The notes beneath the pieces were generated by a model that saw only the letters and a list, made by a program, of their open reading frames with translations, was not told where the DNA came from and searched no databases. 64,000 nucleotides of DNA from Tubulanus polymorphus (Eukaryota > Animalia > Nemertea). Shown here piece after piece: positions 55,201-64,000 of this stretch (position 1 is the first letter of the stretch; every line of letters starts with the position of its first letter). The stretch is taken from positions 19,688,150-19,752,149 of the forward strand of contig NC_134026.1 of the NCBI RefSeq assembly GCF_964204645.1, given 5' to 3'. The translations under genes and the position numbers were made by a program.

Positions 55201-58200
55201 AAACTTATATAAAAATTCCTCTGTAAACTGGTTAAACTCAACACCTGATTTCCCCTCATCAATTTTAGTCGATCAACTTGTATTCACAATTGTCTTAAAT
55301 TTAAGTGCCCCCTAGTTTGTCTCTTAACTGCTTCTCTTTAATCTGTTTTAGCGTGTTACTGTTTCTACGTTAATTTTCCTTTAGTTAGTATCATCTCTGA
55401 TTACTTGAATTAGTCTCTTTGTCTCTGGATTGTATATATCTCTCATAATTTCTGTAGTATTCATTATTTCTGAATATGACTATTAGGACATAGACGAAAC
55501 GTTGAATAAACTACTAACATTTTTGGACTTTTTCGTTATCATTGTGGGATTCTCTCTACATCGCTTCAGACGGATATAGGGTTTTATCAATCGTGATATC
55601 GGTTCTTTCCGCTGTATTAAAATGGCAACGGTTGTCAACGAAATTATAAATGATGACGATTTTGATGATCTATTCTTTGATAGTGACGAATTGGTTCAGA
55701 TCGATACGGAAATATTACGGGAATCCTCTGGATCAGGATCAACTAATTCGGCCGATTCTAGTGAGTGTTATTCCTTTTGAATCAATGAAATATCGGAATA
55801 GTTTCCACCTAATTGCAGGCACTTTATTCTTTCCTTTTCTTTTTCATATAGGTACTTCTCAGGCTCAGCTGAGACTGCGATCTGAACACGAGAAAACACA
55901 CATACAGGTATTTTTTACATTTATTTTTATAATCAATACAATCCTTTTAGGTTATAAAATAATAAACGAATACAGAAAATAATATATAAACATAATATAA
56001 AAAATCCAGATAAGTACACGTTAAAATAATAATCATTATTATTATTTTCGCAGGAACACTATATATTTGGAAAAGGCTATGACTGAAGTGATTAACCATC
56101 GAGTATTTAAATTCAGTTCAAATGGAATGGCAGCAGTACATTATGGAAAATCGATCGATAAAATTTTGACTACAAATACGTCGCCGTCCAGACTTGGAAT
56201 TAACCAGTGGTTTACATGTCCATTGTTTTAATTTGATAGTCACAGGGACAGTTTTTTTAACGTTTTTGTTCTTACGCCATTTTTGTAATTTGACACGACA
56301 CATATTACAGATATATATCGGGTACTGTTCAGTATCATCATCAAAATCAATGTTGAACAACTCCTTCACATGGCTTTTGAAATTATTTTTATCGATAGGA
56401 CGACGATCCGGAGGTTTCGCATTTTTTCCACACAATCGACAAAGATCCATGACTAAAAACAAGAAAAGGTTAATTAAATGAGATTGCTGATGCTATTTAG
56501 GCAACTTGGTTTATATGGGGGACAATAATTTGTAGGCCTAATGTAAGCGTTATCAAGTAACATTATTATGTAGTAAATACACATTTTAAAGATCATACTT
56601 CGTGTATATGTTTGTGTCGTAACATAGCAACATGACGTCAGAAACGAAAGCTGCGCGAGTCTGGGCCGAAATATTTGACATCTTCAAGGCCCAAATAACG
56701 CTAACCCGGAATCGGAACGAACTGGCAAAAACATATGTTTAACACATAAAAACAGACTTTAATCACAATATAAATACTTAATGTTCCGATACCGGGTTTC
56801 GGAGATATAGAAGAATAAAAATACATACCTTTTTGGACAAATTTTACGAGAAATTGTTGAATTTCAACCGATTTTCTAAAGAAAAATATGTGTATACACA
56901 GCCACTTCCACGTTGTTCAATGAACTGCAGTGCGCATGCGTAGTATCGATCGCAGAACATTTATCGGGCTAAAACTATTGCGGGTTGTTCTGCGACCGAA
57001 TCAAAGTTGATGTTGACTGGTGTTCAGCTGGTAACACACACTCGATAAGCGTAGCTTACTGCTGTTGCGTTAACCTTTGATGTACGGGCTGAATTGAATA
57101 GCCTACATCTGGCAATTAAAAGCGTCCGTATTCCATCTCATCACACTTCCCTGCATAAACTAAGCGTCCAATGACACCATGCTTATCACTTGGTAAAATG
57201 CCGTTAATCAATGACTTTGATACTCATTACAATCAAAATTATATAGCTCTCAGAATTCAAGCCAAAAATTATCTTTTTGGGCACAAAAAAATGTTACAGG
57301 ACGGCCATCTCGTGTCCGCCCGACCCAATTTCTCATAATGATAGGCCTTAAATCTAAAAGTTTCCCTTGAAAACCTCAAAAATGTCAAAAAATGGCTAAC
57401 AACAATGGCTACCAGTCAGCCATCTTGACTTTGAGCGGGACAGTTTTTTGGCCGCAGATGTGTCTAGGGTAGACATGTACAAACCAAATAATCCATATCT
57501 GATTCTTCAAAACTTTCAAAAATAACTGGATATGTTGAATGGATGCACAGACCGATAGACAATAGAAAGTGAATGCAATAGCCTGCTTGCTGGGTCTGCC
57601 ACCATGTAGTCTAACCCTTGTCTGGTAAATTCAGAATACCCAGTCACCTTTAGTGACTTGTATTCTGCATGTTTTACATACCTCAATACAGAAATCTGTC
57701 AGTTGTTTGTTGATTTTCGGCTGTACATACCGATGAAATTCAGCTTCAACCTCGAATGTTTTTCCATTTACTTTCAATACCGGAAACTCAATAATTTCCT
57801 AGAAAATATGATAATATGCTGAAATGAGTGGGCCAATAAGAATAAGATGCTGAAAAATACATAATATACAGGGCCTGGTTTTATAGACTGGTATTACCTT
57901 TAACCCGGGGGCTAACTAAACTCATTTTCAATTGAGTTACTCCCCGGGTTTAAGGTAATACCAGGCTTGGCTCTGAAAGTTGACACTCACTTGTACTAAT
58001 GCTGCATCACTTAAGATTTACCACATGGGTTATTAGCGTATCACAACTTTGAAGTTAAAATAACTTCATTTCACTTAGGCTAGCCCATCCAAAAAACCAA
58101 CGATTAGAAGGTCACTGAATGAGCCTATCGGTAAACCTACCTGAGGACGTAACCGAATGTTCCTCTCACACGTCGCCTCGAAGTCGAGGACCAAGTAATG

Positions 58201-58431
58201 CTCGAATGGTTGTGGCTTGATGACTGGCGCAGGTGGCGCGGCCGGGCCCCTGGCTCGATTCTTTCCGCGCTTCATCATGGCTCTTCTTCGTATCTCGTAT
58301 AAATTCGAAACGCTGTTGTACGACGTCGAAGATTTTGAACCGTATCGAGCGATTCCAATTGCGAAAACGGTGGCAGGACTGTTGTTGTTCCAGTGTATCG
58401 CCCGATTTAATAAACGAGTCACGACTGACAT
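52297..58431 (-). CDS. ERI3: ERI1-family 3'-5' exoribonuclease (ERI3-like), 7 exons
   Basis: Exons 58141-58431 (HYLVLDFEATC), 57682-57798 (EIIEFPVL...LTDFCIE), 54684-54743 (LTGIVQDMVD), 54445-54530 (FVTCGDWDLKTM), 53689-53761 (LPSQC...WINIKK), 53386-53482 (GRHHSGI), 52297-52376 (DDCRNIANI). Complete DEDDh motif. Confidence 0.93.
52415..52722. mobile_element. hAT-like MITE relic (CAGGGTGGCCACT termini)
   Basis: CAGGGTGGCCACT at 52415 and AGTGGCCACCCT near 52710-52721, with internal (CCCTGA) repeats; the same end also occurs at ~43413. Confidence 0.55.
52847..53041 (-). mobile_element. tRNA-derived SINE in ERI3 intron 6
   Basis: On the minus strand GGCGCAGTGGCCGAGTG (A-box-like) and GGTTCAAACC (B-box), followed by a non-tRNA body and an A-rich tail. 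Confidence 0.65.
55004..57153 (-). mobile_element. 2,150-bp non-autonomous TIR transposon with 7-bp TSD in ERI3 intron 2
   Basis: Perfect 33-bp TIRs CAGGGAAGTGTGATGAGATGGAATACGGACGCT (55004-55036; 57121-57153); CATAAAC duplicated at 54997-55003 and 57154-57160. Confidence 0.9.
56118..56450 (-). CDS. Short ORF or relic encoding a CxxC...P..ICxxC zinc finger (RAG1 N-terminal / Chapa / ZAD-like), inside the TIR element
   Basis: MDLCRLCGKNAK...VKELFNIDFDDDTEQYPIYICNMCRVKLQKW. No catalytic transposase domain is visible. Confidence 0.6.
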   Translation of the reverse strand: MDLCRLCGKNAKPPDRRPIDKNNFKSHVKELFNIDFDDDTEQYPIYICNMCRVKLQKWRKNKNVKKTVPVTIKLKQWTCKPLVNSKSGRRRICSQNFIDRFSIMYCCHSI

Positions 58432-58935
58432 ATCTCGATAACCTGTTTACAGTCAGTCACACTCACAACGTCTCAACAACAGACTCAGCAGCAGGGAAGA
58501 AGGGCAGTCCGAATTTGACGAATTGAATTTGTTGGTCTTGGAGGTTAAATGCAGTCAATATGGCGCGATGAATATAAATTCAAGCTAAAGTTGATTAAGC
58601 TATTTCGCAAGAGCATGACAAATTTTCACAATTTGAATTGTGCCGACTGAATGACATGTGCGCCAGTTAATATTGCGAGATCGTGATGTTTATTTTTTTA
58701 ATTTCCGGGTTGTTTATTTACTTCCGGGTTAGAGGTCTAAAATGAATATTCTCCACTCTAATTAAGTTAAAAACGATATAATAGAAACTGCGCTCTTCAT
58801 TTGTCGAATTTATTTTCTTAATCTTCAGCTTGTGCTTATCGTACTAATTGATTTGGTGTCGTCATGATTAAGAAAATCTGGAAAATGCATATTTTTACGA
58901 GACTAACGATGAGCTCATCCAAGATGGCCGCCGAT
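58432..58935. promoter_or_regulatory. Probable bidirectional promoter ERI3 / ZFYVE9-like
   Basis: Lies between divergent genes; tandem TTCCGGGT ETS-like motifs (~58703, ~58722), YY1-like AAGATGGCCGCC (58921), and a likely non-coding exon donor at ~58994. Confidence 0.5.
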
Positions 58936-59359
58936 CTAAATCTGAAAGTTGTTTTTCCACTTCAAAAACAACAGTTTTAACGCCTTAGAACTAGGTACGC
59001 TGCCTTAAATACCCCAGATTTTACCTCATCCGTTTGTACCTTTTTATCATGTTTACTATATGGGATTAATTTGATTTAAAACCGACTGGTATTCAGTTAA
59101 TTTCCTCAACTCTCTTTTAAGTCAAACTGATGACAGTGACTGACAGACCTTGGCTTATCATCAGACCAGGCAGAGAACTGACTCTGCTCGACTGACTGAG
59201 ACTGTTGTTCTCTCGTTTGTTGTTCCTTGTTTCATATGTCTTAACATGTAAATAGATGAGATCTAGGCCTAAATGATTGACTTGATAGCCATTAGTTTAA
59301 TTTCACCATAAATTTGAAATTTTTTATATGGAGGCAAGCATTTTAAAACATAACATTAA

Positions 59360-59789
59360 AGAAGTGGTTATTTAGCTGGATCCGGTTACCGACTTATAAA
59401 AGATATTTTGCTGGATCCATATATTATGTAACAATAAAATCATTGTATTGGGTTTAGGGTTAGGGTTTGGGTTTTGATAGGGTTAGTGTCAAGAGGATGA
59501 GAAGAGGGTCCAGAGGGTTCCGTTTCATAACTAGGGATAGGGTTAGGGTTAGGTGGGGCTATATGTAGTTAAAACATCTGCTCGGTAGTCGAGTTGGAAG
59601 ATGCTGGGCTAGTAATTTACTGGCCCGGGTTTGAGTCTCGCTATTTTCTCTTACTCTGTTCTCCAAACATCCGTCGAATTTTCTAAGTCGCGCACCTCTC
59701 TGCACACGCGTGGAGTAAATCAGCCAATTAGAGATGATATCCGGCAAAATATCGTTCAGAAGTCAGTAGATGGCAAAATAACCACTTCC
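59360..59789. mobile_element. Degenerate MITE with internal TTAGGG-like repeats
   Basis: GAAGTGGTTATTTAGC near 59361 and GCAAAATAACCACTTC near 59773-59788, flanked by TAA; (TTAGGG)-like arrays at 59451-59555. Confidence 0.5.
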
Positions 59790-60035
59790 TAATATAAATG
59801 TCTATTTATTTTTATCTGACATCAATCTTTTTGGGATAGGCCTATTTCTTTTAACTTTTGAACTTAAACTTTTGAATACATACCTCAATTTGGTCTTAAT
59901 AAATAGGACAGACGAAAATAGATAGACTATAATCTATATACGAGATATTGTCAATTGAGCTGATATACTGAAATTGAATAGCCCTATTATCTTATTTTTC
60001 TTGCAGTAAAAAAAAAACACTGAAATAGTGGAAAC

Positions 60036-63000
60036 ATGGAGAAGTTTACGGTTGACTTGGATAAAGTGTTGGATGATTTTGAAGATGGTAAGACAGGAGT
60101 ATTATATCCAAAGACAGGGTTTAAGGAAAGATCCACACCTCTTGTAGCCTAATCGATGTAATCTATTGAATTTGATTTCTTTGTCTAGGACTCGGAATGT
60201 CTCCAGCGGTGCATCAATCCACTAGAAAGTGTCGGGATTGTGAAAATTTTTATCTTTCTCAAATTGATTGGCTCACAAAGTTCATTTCAGTGAATATTTG
60301 TGATGAGTCTGCATTTTAGAATTACATAATCCAATGTCATATGATCCCCCTGTTTCAATATCTCATCAAACATCAATTTTCTCATTGATAAATCCATTAT
60401 CAGAAATCTATGGCCTACTGAATAAGAAAGTCAATATTATTTTTTGTATCAATTGAATAACCAATTAGTGGTTATTTTTTGGATTTGGAAGCCTTAACCC
60501 TTTCAAGGTTATCCTTATAAGTGCTGGGCCCAGTTTCACAAAAAGGTTTAACTCTTAAATCGATTTTTTAATTTCTTCATGAATTCAGTTTATCTTAAAT
60601 CGATTAAGGCCTTAATCCTTTTCGTGAAACTGGGCCCCGGAGATAATTTGATGACAATTTAAAAAATTCCATCAATACTGATTTATTGCATCTACACTAC
60701 GGTGCAATGTATTGTTAGTTATTAATATTTCAGTTATTAATATTTCACTTTGTTTGACAGGTGCTGCCGTCTTTCAATAAAGAATAAAACTAATTATAGG
60801 CCTACACCGCGATGCAATGTCCTAGTAAAGTCAAACCAATTTATACACTGCAGTGTAGATGCACTGAAAGGGTTAAAATGAAGTGTGCCAGTACCTAATA
60901 GTGTCTCCAGTAAACTGTTTGCCTAAAACAATTCTTTTAGAAATTCCTAACTTCGAAAAGCAGTTGATTTAAAGAATGATTAACGATACGATTACTTATA
61001 GCTGAGGAAGAAAACAGAATTCACACCATCTCGATGGCAGACTCTGAAAATGCAAATCCATCAAATAATATTGTACCAGTACTCAATAATAATAACCTGC
61101 AGCAGCGGCAACAGGATTTAGGCGTTGTCCGTTGCAGAAACAATTTGAACGAATGCGTCAATATAGAAGACGGTGCAGCTGAATCAAACCAAAATTCGGA
61201 TGAAACGACGCACGACGAGACAAAGGAATCAACGAATAATAATTTCCAACAGATATCGACTGCGGAAACTGCGAACGATAATGCCTCGCTATCTTCTGAC
61301 GACGGTTACAAGATACAAAATAATCACGCGATGGACGTCACGGACTACGCTAATTTCGTAAACGCGTTTCGATTCGAAAACGGTTCACCTGCGGGTGGTG
61401 GCGACGGTTCGGAGCGCGAGAAAGCCGACGCAGCCGTCGACCAAGCTCCGACGAATAAGATCGAAGCGGCGATTGGTATCGAAACCGAAGATCGGAACGA
61501 TGATTTGCGTCCACTGAGCGATGCATCAGGCAAAATATCAAAAAATGAAATTAACGTTAACGCCGGCGCTTCGCCCGATCTTAGTTTAATCGAAACAATG
61601 GCGAGCATGTCCGTCGAGCTTGACCCGAAAAACGTCGCCTCTTCGGACGGCGCGCAGCGTGATGAAACTACCGAAGTAGCCGACGAGTGGGGTATGAATG
61701 ATGTCGATAACGCTCAATTGAATATAGATGGCGCAAGTACCGCGAATAAATCGGATAATATTCGCGACGATACGGAACGGTTAACCGATGTTAAAACGGA
61801 ACCGCCGGTTTCAGCAGTGGCGTTCGACGGCACGGCTATCGCCACTGCCGAGGAGACATCGGTGAAAAAGAACATGGCCGAATTCAACGCAAACAACGTC
61901 GCAGCCGTAGGCTTCATCAATACGAGTGACGTAGGCGTCGATGACGCCGAAATGGACGCGTATTTATCAGATTTGATGATTCCCGATAACGTTCCGTCTG
62001 CCCCACCCGCAACCGAGCACGCGACGACATCGCTCGCCAAGGAGATAACGAACACCGCGGAAGAACCGACCTCGGAGACTCGGTCACGACTAGTTGCTGA
62101 AAACGCCGCAGATGAGTCCGTCGATGCAGTCGCCTCTGAGGACATCAAATCAACGGAGGGTAACATTGGGAATCGCGGCGTCGACTCTCGTTTACCGCTG
62201 CAATCACCGTGCCCGTATTCGTATCCGATCACTACTCCGATTGAGAGTCCGCCGCGACTCGCCTCACCGCAGAATAATTCGTCGGAAAAAGTGGAGTATC
62301 TCGACAGTAAAATCGACCGAGCGGACGTTACGACTGCGACTTTTTCGCGATCGGATGATGACGCGTTCTTTCGAGGCGATCCTCGAAAAATCAACGAACT
62401 CGTCGACGTGATACGTAGCGATTCTCGAGAAGTACCGACCTGCATTCGGCCTAAAACGGCCGTTACCACAGTGACAGCCGCGACGCCCGTGCCGGCTGTA
62501 TCATCGGTCGCAGCGGTGCGGATACCGCGGCCTAATAGTCTGCTTGGATTATCGAAACCGATTTTACCGAACGAAATGTCGTGTTTCGTGGAGAAGCGCG
62601 ACAAAGACGGGGATGCAGCGTCCGGGGTTCGCGAAGATGTCGCGGACAGCTCGAGAACCGTCGTCTGCGTCAGAGATATTGACGATGATTCTATGCAGCC
62701 GGCACCGTCGTCGTTGTCCCCGTTGCGACCCCCCGGGTTAAGCCGGCCGGCCGCGCGGCCGAATTCGTTTCCGATGCCGTCGCCGACGAACAACAAACTA
62801 AAACGTCCGACGAGTTTGAATTTGATGCCGCGTGACTTCAATAGCGTTTCGGCGGCTTCCGGGAACGACGACGAATCGGGTGGCGCCGATTTATCTTCGG
62901 ATCTATCTAATGATCAAACTACTCCCCCGTCATCGCAACAATTACAGCAGCAGCAGCAGCAATCTGAATCGACCCCGGACGTAGAACCAACTCCTGATAT

Positions 63001-63791
63001 CGATGTCATGGGTGAGTAATGTATGAGTTTGAATAAGCGATGGATGCTGACCTTATTCGATTTCAAGAAAGGCAGAGGGCAAGTGGAAGTCAACGCCGCA
63101 TGAGGCAATAGAATAGCTCTTAAAATGCACCACGATATGCCCCATGAGTCCGGGGTAGTATAAAATCTGCAAGTTTTTGAATGTCAATTTGCCCTGAAAT
63201 TTCACGGGAAAATGAAAAATATTAGACCAATACCTAAAAAGGTTTGGATTTATGATAGTCCTCTGTATTTCTGAAAATGAGACTATTTTCCCAATTAGTT
63301 TACTTTCTGGGTGCCCATTTAATTGTATTTTGGGGGTTCCCCCTCCCTGAGTCAGATTCCACCCCTGCCTGTGCACCTGTTTGTGCATGCATTATTCGAG
63401 AAGGGACTTGACTTAAATGGCAGATATGATCATACTTCAAATCAGGAATTTTGTAGGCCTAAAAATCAACCTCAACTTGGTTCGGACTTATATGGCAGTT
63501 ATTAGGGTTAAAAAGTAGCAGTATCCCGGTAAAATTTTAATACGGTACGTTCTAAACCGAGTGTTACGAACATTTTCAGGTGTTACTACGAATACAGTTC
63601 CTCCGAATGTCGGCGGACCGGGGACCAGTCCGACCGTTCCGAATCCGCCGAGTCGGATTCAGGGTATCGTCTCGCAGCTGGGTAAAGTGGCGCCGATTTG
63701 GATTCCGGATTCGGAGGCGGCGTTTTGTATGATGTGCGACGCGCGGTTCACGTTCACTCGTAGGCGTCATCATTGCCGAGCGTGCGGAAAG
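60036..63791 (+). CDS. ZFYVE9: FYVE-domain endosomal protein, ZFYVE9 (SARA)/ZFYVE16 (endofin) family; 5' part only
   Basis: Exon 60036-60087 [17 protein letters not shown] (SARA/endofin N-terminal LDKVLDEFE-type motif); large disordered exon 61002-63011; exon 63580-63791 [38 protein letters not shown] (FYVE). Continues beyond the window. Confidence 0.9.
60526..60638. mobile_element. Short hairpin MITE (GGGCCCAGTTTCAC...GTGAAACTGGGCCC); related copies elsewhere
   Basis: Inverted termini. Similar ends at ~10768-10870, 15770-15878, 49432-49546, 50532-50655, 54272-54369 and 57871-57965. Confidence 0.65.
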
Positions 63792-63881
63792 GTAAATACC
63801 ATCGGACAAAATATATGTTAGGGCGTGTAATCTATTTTCTTGCTAGTCGAATACTTGCAACCATGCTAGAGAAAAGCAAAG

Positions 63882-63988
63882 TTAACCCCTTGGTTTTTGA
63901 GCCCAGATGCCAAGCTGTAACAAAAATTGCCACGTTAATTAACCCCTCGTTATTAACCCCGGATGCCAAGCTATAACAAAAATTGCCA
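63882..63988. repeat. Short imperfect tandem duplication (TTAACCCC...GATGCCAAGCT.TAACAAAAATTGCCA)
   Basis: Two copies of GATGCCAAGCT(G/A)TAACAAAAATTGCCA at ~63906 and ~63962. Confidence 0.7.
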
Positions 63989-64000
63989 TGATCGTCGAAT

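Noticed and set aside
55004-57153. ProtoRAG/Transib element
   Set aside because: The TIRs lack the CACAGTG-like heptamer, the TSD is 7 bp rather than 5, and no RAG1 core or RAG2-like ORF is present.
59451-59555. Telomere or chromosome-fusion scar
   Set aside because: Only a few degenerate TTAGGG units on one strand, enclosed within a small TIR element.
61714-62841. 375-aa minus-strand ORF (and 61345-61608)
   Set aside because: Antisense shadow of the GC-rich ZFYVE9-like exon, with no recognisable motif.

Overview
Eukaryotic, intron-rich genomic DNA from an invertebrate animal (inferred from GT-AG introns, an ApeC-domain gene and TTAGGG-type repeats). Host genes in order: a secreted matrix metalloproteinase (-, runs off the left edge), a PAN/Apple+ApeC (apextrin-like) gene (-), SLC35D-type UDP-sugar transporter (-), GIPC (+), ERI3-like exoribonuclease (-) and the 5' part of ZFYVE9/SARA-like (+, runs off the right edge). 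The main find is a 17,251-bp Mutator-like (MULE) transposon at 17270-34520 with 44-bp TIRs and a perfect 9-bp TSD (GATTTTGAC). It sits inside the ~0.4-kb SLC35D/GIPC bidirectional promoter. Manual splicing gives one ~2,230-aa ORF: SGNH hydrolase, C2H2 fingers, Ulp1/SENP-like protease, Ser/Thr/Pro repeat, GATA finger, MULE DDE transposase, SWIM, two C2H2 fingers and a PHD finger. An intact-looking, intron-rich pogo-type DD35D transposon (28746-34230, TA TSD) is nested in it. Also present: a 2.15-kb TIR element with a 7-bp TSD and a RAG1-N/Chapa/ZAD-like zinc-finger ORF in an ERI3 intron, a 36-bp palindrome with a 7-bp TSD, Penelope-type minimal hammerhead motifs, SINE/MITE relics and tandem repeats. 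All gene models were read by eye with no database searches, so novelty statements are inference.
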